A stretch of DNA of 38,229 nucleotides from a bacterium (GCA_035574075.1 DATLZI010000127.1:1-38229); one strand, 5' to 3'. Shown: positions 17,311 to 26,704, counted from the first letter of the stretch. Notes: a model not told the origin generated them from the letters alone. Made by a program: numbers and translations.

Positions 17311-18509
17311 ATCGCCCCCCTGCGCCGGAGCGCCGCGATCTCTTCCGCCGTGAATCCCAGGCTCCGCAGCACATCGTCCGTGTGCTCCCCCAGGCGCGGC
17401 GGCGGCGCGGCGGCGGTCGGCCGGTGACCGGAGATCAAGACGCCGGTCGTGGTCACGTCGACATCGCGACCGATGCCCGCCACATCGCCAAAGTGCTGAA
17501 CCAGGCGGCGCGCGCTGACCTGCGGATGGGCGAGCACCTCGGGGACGGAAAGCACGCGGCCGGAGGGCACCCCGACTCTGTTCAGTCGCTCCTCCCATTC
17601 CGCCGCCGACCGCTGGGCCAGGCGGGCTTCGATCTCCGCCGTCAGGGCCTTCCGATGGCGCAGGCGGGCGTCCCGGTCAGCGAACCGCGGATCGGTGATG
17701 AGGTCCGGCCGCCCGATCTCACGACACAGCGCCTCGAACTGCTCCTGCTTGTTGGCGGCGATGTTCAGCACTCCGTCGCCGGTTCGAAACGTCCCCGAGG
17801 GACTGGCCGTGAAGTTCTCGTTGCCCGACCGGCGGGGGACTTCGCCGGCGATCAGGTAATTGGACACCACCCACCCCATGCTGACCAGCGTGGCCTCGAG
17901 CATCGACACGTCCAGCAGGCACCCCCGGCCCTCTTGCTGGCGCAGACGCAGCGCGCTGGCGATGGCGAAGGCCGCGGCCAGCCCGCCGATGGTATCGCAG
18001 ACCGGAAAGCCCACGCGCAGCGGCCCGCTCCGCTCGTCGCCGGTGACGTCCATCACCCCGGCCAGCCCCTGGATGATCTGATCGTAGGCCGGGTTGGGGC
18101 TGAGGGGGCCGTCCTGGCCGAACCCGGAGATCGCGCAGTAGATCAGACCGGGGTTGAGCGTGGAGAGGCGGTCGTATCCCAGGCCGAGCCTGGCCATGAC
18201 GCCGGGCCGGAAGTTCTCCACCAGCACGTCGGCGGTGACCACCAGCCGTTCGAACACCCTCTGTCCTTCCGGATCCTTGAGGTTGATGGTCACCGAGCGT
18301 TTCCCCGCGTTCTGCGCCAGGAACGAGGCCCCCATCAGGGCGCGGTTGAGGGCTGGGTCGGCGCCGAGTTGCCGGGCGAGATCCCCGCTGCCCGGGACTT
18401 CGACCTTGATGACATCGGCACCGAGCAGGGCCAGCTGAAAGGTGCAGAACGGCCCCGCCAGCACATTGGTGAGGTCAAGGACGCGGACGCCTTCAAGCGG
18501 TGCGGCCAC
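17307..18509 (-). CDS. family III CoA-transferase (CaiB/BaiF type)
   Basis: PLEGVRVLDLTNVLAGPF..., ADVLVENFRPGVMARLGLGY, LIYCAISGFGQDGP, AYDQIIQGLAGVM. GTG 18509 is preceded by AAGGA 9 nt upstream. The N-terminal 200 codons of ORF 17307..19154 overlap iclR in another frame and are rejected. Confidence 0.88.
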   Translation of the reverse strand: MAAPLEGVRVLDLTNVLAGPFCTFQLALLGADVIKVEVPGSGDLARQLGADPALNRALMGASFLAQNAGKRSVTINLKDPEGQRVFERLVVTADVLVENFRPGVMARLGLGYDRLSTLNPGLIYCAISGFGQDGPLSPNPAYDQIIQGLAGVMDVTGDERSGPLRVGFPVCDTIGGLAAAFAIASALRLRQQEGRGCLLDVSMLEATLVSMGWVVSNYLIAGEVPRRSGNENFTASPSGTFRTGDGVLNIAANKQEQFEALCREIGRPDLITDPRFADRDARLRHRKALTAEIEARLAQRSAAEWEERLNRVGVPSGRVLSVPEVLAHPQVSARRLVQHFGDVAGIGRDVDVTTTGVLISGHRPTAAAPPPRLGEHTDDVLRSLGFTAEEIAALRRRGAI

Positions 18510-19251
18510 GACGCTCGATCCTTTCGTCGAATGGCCGCCGGTCGCCGCCGAGATCGGCCGTGAGCTCCGCCGAGGCGACCAGGACCAGGGCCCTGATCCG
18601 CTCCGCGGTCCGGCTCCGGAACCGGTAGATCGGGCCGGAGACGGACAGCGCCCCGACCAGCTCCTGGCCGATCCGGAAGACCGGCGCCGCGACCGCGGCG
18701 GTTTCGCGGTCCCGCTCACCGAAGGTTGCCGCGACATACTGGCGGCGGATCCGCGCGTACACCTCCCCGGGCTCGCCGCTGAAGGCGAGCAACACCCGTC
18801 CGACGGCGCCCCGGTCCAGCGGCAGGTGGTCGCCCTCCCGCACGTGGTCGCGGATGGCTCGGGGGGAGTCCACGCGATGCAGGCAGACGCGCACGGTCCC
18901 CTCGCGCACGTAGAAGGACGCGCTCTCGCCGGTCTGCCGGACCAGTTTCCGCAACATCGGCACCACGAGGTCGCCCACCCGGAACGACCGCTGATACAGG
19001 CTGGCCAGACGCATCGGGGTCGGCCCCAGCCGGTACCCCGCGCCGTCGACGCGGTGCAGGTAGCCGTGGCGGGCCAGCGATTCGCACAGCCGCAGGATGG
19101 TGCTCTTGTACATGCCGGTGCGCTCGGCCATGTCGGCGAGGGTGAGCGTGGCATCCCCCTCGCGGAAGACCGTCAGCACCGTCAGCGCCCGGTCCACCGC
19201 CGCGACGCCCGCCTTTCGCCCTGTTCCGACCCAGCTTCTGCCCGCTACCAT
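18493..19251 (-). CDS. IclR-family transcriptional regulator
   Basis: VDRALTVLTVF...LTLADMAERTGMYKSTILRLCESLARHGYL (wHTH), then an IclR effector domain (LPLDRGAVGRVLLAF, VGALSVSGP). ATG 19251 overlaps the ThDP-enzyme stop. Confidence 0.9.
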   Translation of the reverse strand: MVAGRSWVGTGRKAGVAAVDRALTVLTVFREGDATLTLADMAERTGMYKSTILRLCESLARHGYLHRVDGAGYRLGPTPMRLASLYQRSFRVGDLVVPMLRKLVRQTGESASFYVREGTVRVCLHRVDSPRAIRDHVREGDHLPLDRGAVGRVLLAFSGEPGEVYARIRRQYVAATFGERDRETAAVAAPVFRIGQELVGALSVSGPIYRFRSRTAERIRALVLVASAELTADLGGDRRPFDERIERRGRTA

Positions 19252-20972
19252 TGGTAGATGTCGTTGATGTCCCAGTGCCCTCCCGTCGGTACGGGATCGT
19301 TGGTCATCGGCACATCCAGGACCGTCGGCCGCCGGCCCTGCAGCGCCCGCTCCAGCGCGGGGCCCAGATCCTCGGCGCGCTCGATGCGCACACCCTCCGC
19401 GCCGTAGGCTCGCGCCAGGGCGGCGAAATCGGGCGAGTACGGCCTGCCCTCGTGGCGGAACTCGCAGCCCAGGGTGTGGCCGAAGTGCTGGTTCATGAGG
19501 CCGGCGATCGTCCCGTGGGCGAAGTTGTTCATGACCACCCACGTGACGTTGATGCCCTGCTCCACCGCCGTGGCCAGCACGGAGGGGTTGGCGCTGAACG
19601 CCCCATCCCCGACCATCGCCACACAGGCGCGCTCGGGCTTCGCCAGCTTGGCGCCTAGCACGGCGGCCGGCCCGAACCCCATCGTAGCCAGCCCGCCCGG
19701 GGTCAGGTGCGTGCGTGGGAAGTAGATGGGAAACTGCTGCCCCACGCCGTTCTTGTTCCAACCGACGTCCGTCACCAGGATGCCGTCCCGGGGCAGGGCG
19801 GCGCGCACCTCGGCCAGGATGCGTTGGGGGGCGAGGGGGTACTTCTCCGACCGCATCGGGCCGGCAAGGCTCTCGCGCCACTTCGCCCGCTCGGCCTGGA
19901 TCTCCGCTAGATCGACATGCCCGCGGCCGCCGCGGGGCGCCAGCTCCATCATCGCCTCCAGGATCGCGCGCAGCGCCGCCCGGGCATCGGCGACGGCCCC
20001 GATCGCCACCGGGAAGGATCGGCCGAGCTCGGCCGGATCGACATCGATGTGGATCAGCTCGGTGGGCGGGATGGCGAAGGTGAATCTCGCGTCCCACGAA
20101 CTGGCATCGGCCTCGGCGAACCGCGTGCCCACGGCCAGGAGCACGTCGGCCTCCCGGGTCACGCGATTCGTCAGGTCCGTCCCCCAGAAGCCGGTCATCC
20201 CCAGGACCAGCGGGTGGTCGTCCGGGATCGCTCCCTTCCCCATCAGGGAGTAGGCGACGGGAGCGTTGAGGTGCTCGGCGAGCCGGGCCAGCTCTTCCGC
20301 GCCACCCGAACTGATGACGCCGCCGCCCACATAGAGCACGGGCCGTCGGGCCGCCAGCAGGCGTTCGGCGATGCGGTGTGCCGTTCCCGGTTCCAGTCCG
20401 GGCCGCGCCGCAGGGCGCGGAGCGGGGGGATCAGGATCCTCCGCCGGCCGGGACAGCACGTCCATGGCCACGTCCACGAGCACCGGCCCGGGACGGCCGC
20501 TCATGGCGAGCAGGTAGGCGCGTTCCAGGATCCGGGCCAGACCCCTGGGCTGCGTCACGCGCCAGACGCGCTTCACGAAGGGCCGGTAGATGGCGGACTG
20601 ATCGCCATCGTTGTGCACCTGAACCTCCTGGTGGGGGTGGCGGCCGAAGAAGTACGACGGAACATCGCCGGCGATGACGAGCAGCGGGACGGAATCCAGC
20701 GCCGCGTTGGCCACCCCCGTGACGGCATTGGTCAGCCCCGGCCCGACGTGGGTCAGCAGCACCCCGCACTCCCCGGAGGCGCGGGCGTACCCGTCGGCCA
20801 TGTGCGCGGCGATCTGCTCATGCCGGTTCATCACGAACTGGATCCGGCTGTCCCGGAAGGCGTCCAGCAGCGCGATCACGGTGTGCCCGCACAGGCCGAA
20901 GACGTACCGTGTCCCGATCGCCTCCAGGAACCGCGTGATCTGATGCGCAACGTTGTAGGGCTTGGCTCCCAT
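19245..20972 (-). CDS. thiamine diphosphate-dependent enzyme, acetolactate synthase-like (specific reaction unknown)
   Basis: Three-domain ThDP fold: N-terminal Pyr domain (HEQIAAHMADGYARASG, GPGLTN), middle domain, and a C-terminal PP domain with GDGAF...N (VGDGAFSANPSVLATAVEQGINVTWVVMNN). Confidence 0.88.
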   Translation of the reverse strand: MGAKPYNVAHQITRFLEAIGTRYVFGLCGHTVIALLDAFRDSRIQFVMNRHEQIAAHMADGYARASGECGVLLTHVGPGLTNAVTGVANAALDSVPLLVIAGDVPSYFFGRHPHQEVQVHNDGDQSAIYRPFVKRVWRVTQPRGLARILERAYLLAMSGRPGPVLVDVAMDVLSRPAEDPDPPAPRPAARPGLEPGTAHRIAERLLAARRPVLYVGGGVISSGGAEELARLAEHLNAPVAYSLMGKGAIPDDHPLVLGMTGFWGTDLTNRVTREADVLLAVGTRFAEADASSWDARFTFAIPPTELIHIDVDPAELGRSFPVAIGAVADARAALRAILEAMMELAPRGGRGHVDLAEIQAERAKWRESLAGPMRSEKYPLAPQRILAEVRAALPRDGILVTDVGWNKNGVGQQFPIYFPRTHLTPGGLATMGFGPAAVLGAKLAKPERACVAMVGDGAFSANPSVLATAVEQGINVTWVVMNNFAHGTIAGLMNQHFGHTLGCEFRHEGRPYSPDFAALARAYGAEGVRIERAEDLGPALERALQGRRPTVLDVPMTNDPVPTGGHWDINDIYQW

Positions 20973-20983
20973 CTCCCACCACC

Positions 20984-22012
20984 TTACTCCGCGATGCGCA
21001 CCACGGCTTTCCCCGCCAGCCGCCCCCCCGCGGCGTGCAGGGCGTCCTCCACGGCGGCGAGGGGGAATTCGGACTCCACCAGGTCGCCGATCCGCAGGAT
21101 CCCGCGACCGGTCACCAGACCGATGGCCCTGCGGAAGTCATCGGGGTGGTCGTAGATGATCGAGCTGGTGATGGTGATCCCTTCGCGCACGATGCGCAAC
21201 GGTTGCAGGGACACGGGATCGGTGGCCAGTCCCAGCAGGACCACGGTGCCTCCACGCGGCACCGCCTCCAGACACCAGCCCGCCCCGGAGGCTGTGCCGG
21301 AGGACTCGAAGATCACCGGCCAGGCAGCCCCGGTCTGGACGCGGCGCGCGAGCCCTGTCGCATCTTCGCGGGACATCACCACCGTCTCGGCGGCTCCGGC
21401 GCGTCGCGCGGCCTCGACCCGCCGCTCATCCAGATCGATGGCGCAGATGCGGACGCCCATGCCGGCCAGCAGGCGCGTCAGGACCAGGCCGATGGTGCCG
21501 CACCCCAGAACCAGGGCGGCATCCCCCGGCACCAGCTTGGAGACGGCGACGGCGTGGATGGCCACGGCCAGGGGCTCGATGAGCACTGCGTCCTGCCAGG
21601 ACAGAGCCGGCGGGATGGCCCAGGCGTGGGTGGCGGGAAGGGTCGCGTAGTCGGCCAGCACGCCGGGCACGTTCACGCCCAGGGAGCGCTTGTCGGGGCA
21701 GATCGCGCCGCGGCCGCGCCGGCACCAGAGGCATCGTCCGCAGGGCACGTTGGGCTCGAGGACGACGCGCTCGCCGACGCGCTCCGCGCCCACGCCAGGG
21801 CCCACCGCAGCGATCCGTCCCACCCCCTCGTGTCCCATGATGAGGGGATAGGGCGCCGTACGGTGCCCCTGGAAGAGGTGCACATCGCTGCCGCACACCC
21901 CCACGCGCTCGATGGCCACCAGCACCTCGCCGGCCTGGGGCACCGGTGGGGGAAGGCGGTCCACCCGCACCGTGCGCGGGGCATGGAGGCGCGCCGCCCG
22001 CATCAACATCAC
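20984..22012 (-). CDS. zinc-dependent medium-chain alcohol/polyol dehydrogenase
   Basis: GVCGSDVH, GHEGVG, structural zinc CGRCLWCRRGRGAIC, Rossmann motif VLGCGTIGL. ATGA overlap with the aroD stop. Confidence 0.9.
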   Translation of the reverse strand: MMLMRAARLHAPRTVRVDRLPPPVPQAGEVLVAIERVGVCGSDVHLFQGHRTAPYPLIMGHEGVGRIAAVGPGVGAERVGERVVLEPNVPCGRCLWCRRGRGAICPDKRSLGVNVPGVLADYATLPATHAWAIPPALSWQDAVLIEPLAVAIHAVAVSKLVPGDAALVLGCGTIGLVLTRLLAGMGVRICAIDLDERRVEAARRAGAAETVVMSREDATGLARRVQTGAAWPVIFESSGTASGAGWCLEAVPRGGTVVLLGLATDPVSLQPLRIVREGITITSSIIYDHPDDFRRAIGLVTGRGILRIGDLVESEFPLAAVEDALHAAGGRLAGKAVVRIAE

Positions 22013-22839
22013 GGCCCCTCCTCGCCGGGACCGCCGGCCAGACCCAGCGCCCGCAACCCCCGGCGCATCAGCTCCAGGTCCATCTGACCGGGGGCCGAGG
22101 CTTCCAGGCCCACCGCGAACGTCAGGTCGGATCCGAAGTGCCCCGCGAAGCGGCTCACCCCGCCCAGCGCTCCCATGGACATCAGGATGCAGGGGATCTC
22201 CAGGAACGTGCGGCGCGCCTCCAGGCCGGCGGTGAGCAGGGCAAGCACGTCCTCCGGCATCCGCGGCGTGACCGCGACCTTCGCCACGGCCGCACCGGCG
22301 CTCTGCATCGTCCGGAGCGTCCCCAGCAGCGTCTGCACGGCGGGGGTCGCGGTGAAGTCATGCCACGACCGAATCACCGCCACGCCCGCTCGCCCCGCCG
22401 CTTCGGTCACGCGCGCGGCCAGGGGTGGGGGGGTGGCCAGTTCCACATCGACCAGCGCCGGGGTACCGGTCGCTGCCGCCGCGGTGAGGATGGCCACCCG
22501 GCGATCCTCCTCCTGGATCCTGTGCCCGCCCTCGCCGGCCAGGCGGTTCGTGAAGATCAGCGGGATCGGCGCGGCGGCGGCCACGTCCTGGAGCAGCGCC
22601 GGGACGTCAGCGGGGGTCAGGTCGGCGACGAAGTCGGCACGCCACTCGATGCAGTCAGGCCGGAGCGCGGCCAGCGCGCGGGCCTGGTCGACCAGCGCGC
22701 CGCGATCGCGCGCCGTCAGGGGCACGCAGGTGAGCACCGTCGGCCCGCCCAGCAGGTGTCGGCCGACCTTGACCGGTCGTCTGGCAGAGAGACGGGACGG
22801 CGTGATGCTCCTACCTCCATCACCGGGTCGGGTTCTCAC
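22009..22839 (-). CDS. aroD: 3-dehydroquinate dehydratase, type I
   Basis: IEWRADF, SWHDF..TP, AKVAV (Schiff-base Lys region), MSMGALGGVSR. The only upstream start codon in frame is GTG 22839, which overlaps the cupin 3' end by 20 nt, so the start is uncertain. Confidence 0.88.
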   Translation of the reverse strand: MRTRPGDGGRSITPSRLSARRPVKVGRHLLGGPTVLTCVPLTARDRGALVDQARALAALRPDCIEWRADFVADLTPADVPALLQDVAAAAPIPLIFTNRLAGEGGHRIQEEDRRVAILTAAAATGTPALVDVELATPPPLAARVTEAAGRAGVAVIRSWHDFTATPAVQTLLGTLRTMQSAGAAVAKVAVTPRMPEDVLALLTAGLEARRTFLEIPCILMSMGALGGVSRFAGHFGSDLTFAVGLEASAPGQMDLELMRRGLRALGLAGGPGEEGP

Positions 22840-23215
22840 CCGGCGGCGTGTAGCACCACAGCAGCACGAGCGGCTCGGAGCCGGTATTGACGTGCTGGTG
22901 CGGCAGTCCCTTGGGCACGAACATCATGTCGTGGGGGCCGAAGGGCTGCCGCGAGCCATCGGCGCCGACCACTTCCCCGTGGCCGGCCAGGACCACATTG
23001 ATCTCTTCCGACTCGGGATGGCTGTGCAGCGAGCTCGCCTCTCCCTGGGGGAAGACGGTGATCCCCGCCACCAGGTGCTCCGAGCCGCACAGCTCTCTGT
23101 CCACCGTGCGGAACACCTTGCGGCGGAATCCCGGATTGTCCAGTCCGATCCAGTAGGCCTTCCCCTCCGTGTACGTCCGGACCACTCGGATCCCGGGCTG
23201 CGCCCTGACGCCCAC
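22820..23215 (-). CDS. monocupin metalloprotein
   Basis: Both cupin motifs are present: GEASSLHSHPESEEINVVLAG and GPHDMMFVPKGLPHQHVN (His/His/Glu/His ligands). 131 aa with a GTG start. Confidence 0.85.
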   Translation of the reverse strand: MGVRAQPGIRVVRTYTEGKAYWIGLDNPGFRRKVFRTVDRELCGSEHLVAGITVFPQGEASSLHSHPESEEINVVLAGHGEVVGADGSRQPFGPHDMMFVPKGLPHQHVNTGSEPLVLLWCYTPPGENPTR

Positions 23216-23218
23216 GTC

Positions 23219-24715
23219 TCACCCCTCCTCGGACAGTCCCACGAAGACGCTCTTCACTTCGCTGTACTCGAGCAGTCCCTCCAGGCCCAGTTCCCGACCC
23301 AGGCCGCTTTGCTTGAAGCCGCCGAAGGGCGCCTCGATGTAGGTCACGGGCACGCTGTTCACGCTGACCACCCCGGCACGCAGGGCGCGCGCCAGACGGT
23401 GCGCCCGCCCCACGTCGCGGGTCCACACGGTCGCCGCCAGGCCGTAGCGCGTCTCGTTCGCGATCCTGACCGCTTCCGCTTCTTCCGCAAACCGCATGAT
23501 GCACACCACCGGCCCGAAGATCTCCTCGCGGGCGATGGTCATCTCGTTGCGCACTTCGCCGAACGCCGTGGGGAGCAGGTAGTATCCCTCCGCCAGCGCG
23601 GGGTCGTCCGGCACCCGGCCGCCGCAGAGCAGCGCGGCGCCTTCCTCCAGGCCCTTCCGCACGTACCCCAGGATGGACGCGCGCTGCGCCTGTGAGATCA
23701 CCGGGCCCATCTCCGTCGCCGGATCCAGCGGATCTCCGAGCTTGATCGCCCGGGCGGCGGCGACGAATCGCTCGACGAACTCCTCATAGATCGCGTCGTG
23801 CACCAGCAGTCGGGAACGGGCTGTGCACCGCTGGCCGGCGTGGGAGTACACGGCGGTGATCGACCCGGGAACCGCCCGCTTAAGATCGGCATCGGGGAAG
23901 ATCACGTTGGGCGACTTGCCGCCGAGTTCCAGCGTCAGGCGCTTGACCGTGGCCGCGGCGGCGGCCATCACAGCGGTGCCGGTCTCGGTGTCGCCGGTGA
24001 GAGCGATCTTGTCCACCCCGGGGTGCCTGACCAGCGCCATCCCGAGCGTTCCCCCGGGCCCCGTGACAACGTTGACCACCCCCGGCGGTAGACCGGCTTC
24101 CAGGCAGATCTCACCCAGCAGGAGAGCGGTCACCGGCGTGGCGCTGGCCGGCTTGAGGATCACCGTGTTCCCGACAGCCAGGGCTGGGGCCGTCTTGTAG
24201 GCGGCCATGATGAAGGGACTGTTCCAGGGCGTGATCCCCAGGCACACCCCGATCGGCTCGCGCACTGTGTAGGCGAAGAGGCCCTCATCCACGGGCAGGG
24301 TTCGCCCCCAGAGCTTCTCGGCCAGTCCCGCGTAGTAGTGGAAGCACGCCGCGGCTTTAAGGATCTGGGCCCGGGCGTCGCGGATCGGCTTGCCCGAGTT
24401 CATGGTCTCCAGGCGCGCCAGTTCGTCCGCCCGCGCTTCGATCCGATCGGCCACGGCGCGAAGCAGCCGCGCCCGGGCGGCCCCGCTCATCCTCGGCCAG
24501 GGACCGGTCTCCAGGGCCTGCCGGGCCGCCGCCACCACGCGCTCCGCGTCGGCCGGACCGGCGCTGGCCACGCGGGCGACCACCCGGCCCGTAGCCGGGT
24601 TGTAGGTGTCCATCGTGGCTCCGGACTCAGCCGGAGTCCACCGGCCGCCCACCAGCAGGGCATACGTCGGCACGTCCTTCATCGCTGCGGATGTGGCACG
24701 CGGCACCGTTGCCAT
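23219..24715 (-). CDS. NAD(P)-dependent aldehyde dehydrogenase
   Basis: From MATVPRATSAAMKDVP...: ITPWNSPF, KPA, LELGGKSP, catalytic GQRCTA, EEIFGPV. ATG 24715 shares one nt with the tctA stop. The N-terminal 200 codons of the tracked ORF overlap tctA and are rejected. Confidence 0.92.
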   Translation of the reverse strand: MATVPRATSAAMKDVPTYALLVGGRWTPAESGATMDTYNPATGRVVARVASAGPADAERVVAAARQALETGPWPRMSGAARARLLRAVADRIEARADELARLETMNSGKPIRDARAQILKAAACFHYYAGLAEKLWGRTLPVDEGLFAYTVREPIGVCLGITPWNSPFIMAAYKTAPALAVGNTVILKPASATPVTALLLGEICLEAGLPPGVVNVVTGPGGTLGMALVRHPGVDKIALTGDTETGTAVMAAAAATVKRLTLELGGKSPNVIFPDADLKRAVPGSITAVYSHAGQRCTARSRLLVHDAIYEEFVERFVAAARAIKLGDPLDPATEMGPVISQAQRASILGYVRKGLEEGAALLCGGRVPDDPALAEGYYLLPTAFGEVRNEMTIAREEIFGPVVCIMRFAEEAEAVRIANETRYGLAATVWTRDVGRAHRLARALRAGVVSVNSVPVTYIEAPFGGFKQSGLGRELGLEGLLEYSEVKSVFVGLSEEG

Positions 24716-26295
24716 CACGCCACCTCCCTTCTGATCCGTCGGCGGCGCACCAGGTTCACGATCCCGCCGATGGAGAGACTCGGCGCGAAGGCCGAGAGCA
24801 AGATGACGGTCAGCACCAGGCTGATGGGATGACTGACCAGCTCCCAGAAGAACAGCGGCACGTTGCCCTGGACGGCGAGCATGGCCCGGCGGAAGTTGAT
24901 GTCGGCCAGCGGTCCGAGGATCACCCCCAGCACCATCGGCCCCACCGGATAGCCGCCCAGCTTCATGAAGTACCCCAGCACGCCGAACCCGATCATCCAG
25001 AAGACGTCGTAGATGTTGTTCTGGATGGCGTAGGTCCCGACGACCGAGATGAGCACGATGAGCGGCATCAGGATCTTCTTGTTGATGTTCACGACCTTGA
25101 CGAACGGGCGCACCGCCATCAGCCCGAAGAAGAAGAGGAAGATGTTCGCCAGGCCGTAGGAGCCGGCGATGAACCAGAACAGATCTCGCTGCTCCACCAT
25201 GAGCAACGGCCCGGGCCGCAGCCCGTGGATGAACAGCACGCTGATCAGCACCGCGGTCACGGCGTCGCCCGGAATGCCCAAGGTGAGCATGGGGATCATG
25301 TCCCCGCCGATGCACGCGTTGTTGGCCGTCTCCGGGGCGACCACCCCTTCCACCGCGCCCTGGCCGAAGGGACGCGATGGTTTCTTCACCGTCCGCTTGG
25401 CGTCCGCGTAGGCGAGCAGCGCGGCGATGTCGCCTCCCGCCCCGGGCAGCGCTCCCACGATGACCCCGATCACCGAGGCGCGGATGGTCACGGGCAGGTA
25501 CTTGAAGAAGTATCGGAACCCCGGGAGAACGCCGCCCACCTCGGCGATCCGGGCCTGCGGAACCCCACTCCGCACGATCCTCCCGATCTGATAGATCACC
25601 TCGGAAGCCCCGAAGAGCCCGATCACGGCGGCGATGAAGTGCACGCCGTTGATCAACACCGGCTGGCCGAAGGTGAACCTCCCCTCGCCGGTGATCGGGT
25701 CCATGCCGATCAACCCGACCAGGACGCCCACCGCCGCGCCGACCATCGACTTCGCCATCGATCCCCCCGCGAGGCGGCCGGTCAGCGAGAGGCCCATCGC
25801 CGCCAGCAGGAAGTAGTCTCTGGGCGCGAACTTCAGGGCGAGCTCGGAGATCGGCGGCGCGGCGAGGATCAGCGCCAGAAGGCCGATGAACCCACCCACC
25901 ACGGATTGGACGGTGGCCACCCCGATCGCCAGGCCGGCTTCCCCCCGCATCGCCATAGGGTGGCCGTCGAACGTCGTCGCCAGCGCGGAAGGGGTGCCTG
26001 GGATGTTGATGAGGATCGACGATCGCGACCCTCCGTACACCCCGCCGGCGTACACGCCGAGCATCAACGCCAGCGCCGTCTTCGTGTCCCAGGAATAGGT
26101 CATCGAGGCCAGCAGGGCCACAGCCATCGTCACGCTGAGGCCCGGAGTGGCGCCCACCAGGATGCCCGCGGCCACGCCGAGCGCGGACAGCGCAACGTTG
26201 AGCGGGGAGAGGAATTCGCCGAGCACGCGCAGGGCCAGGTCGATGGTCGGCCTCCTAGGGCAGGATGACGACGAACAGGTACCGGAACACGGCAA
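24715..26295 (-). CDS. tctA: tripartite tricarboxylate transporter, large permease
   Basis: TctA-type polytopic protein (GATPGLSVTMAVALL, INIPGTPSA, GALPGAGGDIAA). The start is uncertain: TTG 26295 lies inside tctB, while AGGAGG lies 6 nt before an in-frame ATC at 26244. Confidence 0.88.
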   Translation of the reverse strand: MPCSGTCSSSSCPRRPTIDLALRVLGEFLSPLNVALSALGVAAGILVGATPGLSVTMAVALLASMTYSWDTKTALALMLGVYAGGVYGGSRSSILINIPGTPSALATTFDGHPMAMRGEAGLAIGVATVQSVVGGFIGLLALILAAPPISELALKFAPRDYFLLAAMGLSLTGRLAGGSMAKSMVGAAVGVLVGLIGMDPITGEGRFTFGQPVLINGVHFIAAVIGLFGASEVIYQIGRIVRSGVPQARIAEVGGVLPGFRYFFKYLPVTIRASVIGVIVGALPGAGGDIAALLAYADAKRTVKKPSRPFGQGAVEGVVAPETANNACIGGDMIPMLTLGIPGDAVTAVLISVLFIHGLRPGPLLMVEQRDLFWFIAGSYGLANIFLFFFGLMAVRPFVKVVNINKKILMPLIVLISVVGTYAIQNNIYDVFWMIGFGVLGYFMKLGGYPVGPMVLGVILGPLADINFRRAMLAVQGNVPLFFWELVSHPISLVLTVILLSAFAPSLSIGGIVNLVRRRRIRREVA

Positions 26296-26704
26296 ATGTC
26301 ACCCCGGTCGCCACGGCCGCCACCAGCAGGGACTTCCACCAGGGCATCGCCCGCAGCCACAGGAACGACACCAGCAGGAAGACCAGGGAGGACCGGACGA
26401 ACCCCAACGGCCTGAGCAGGGCTCCGTAGCCGATGATCAGGGCGGCGTACAGCAGCGCCCACCCCGTCACCGGCTCAGCCGGTTCATCCGCAGATCGCTC
26501 CTGTCGCCAGATGGATACAGCGCAGGCCAGAAGGACGGCGGCGACCAGCGCCGGGAAAACGCCGGGCGAGCCGGGATCAGACCAGAAATCCGTGAACCGG
26601 CTCGCCCGCACGAACACAAACACACCCAGGGCCGCGATCCCCGCCGCCTGTGCGCGGGCCGACCACTTCGCCCGCGGCGCCGCCGGGGAGGGGTCCGCCG
26701 CCAT
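26255..26704 (-). CDS. tctB: tripartite tricarboxylate transporter, small permease
   Basis: 149 aa, four predicted TM helices, positioned between tctC and tctA. The ATG is 1 nt after the tctC stop. Confidence 0.8.
   Translation of the reverse strand: MAADPSPAAPRAKWSARAQAAGIAALGVFVFVRASRFTDFWSDPGSPGVFPALVAAVLLACAVSIWRQERSADEPAEPVTGWALLYAALIIGYGALLRPLGFVRSSLVFLLVSFLWLRAMPWWKSLLVAAVATGVTFAVFRYLFVVILP

Noticed and set aside
17307-19154. N-terminal extensions of tracked ORFs that would make giant proteins: 17307..19154 (615 aa), 23219..25315 (698 aa), 30597..32087 (496 aa), 16489..17598, 59..1537, 1692..3338 and 18493..20097.
   Set aside because: In each case the extension overlaps the upstream, clearly homologous gene in another frame and is Arg/Pro/Gly-rich. 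Family homology begins at an internal ATG or GTG placed at or next to the upstream stop codon (ATGA/GTGA coupling).
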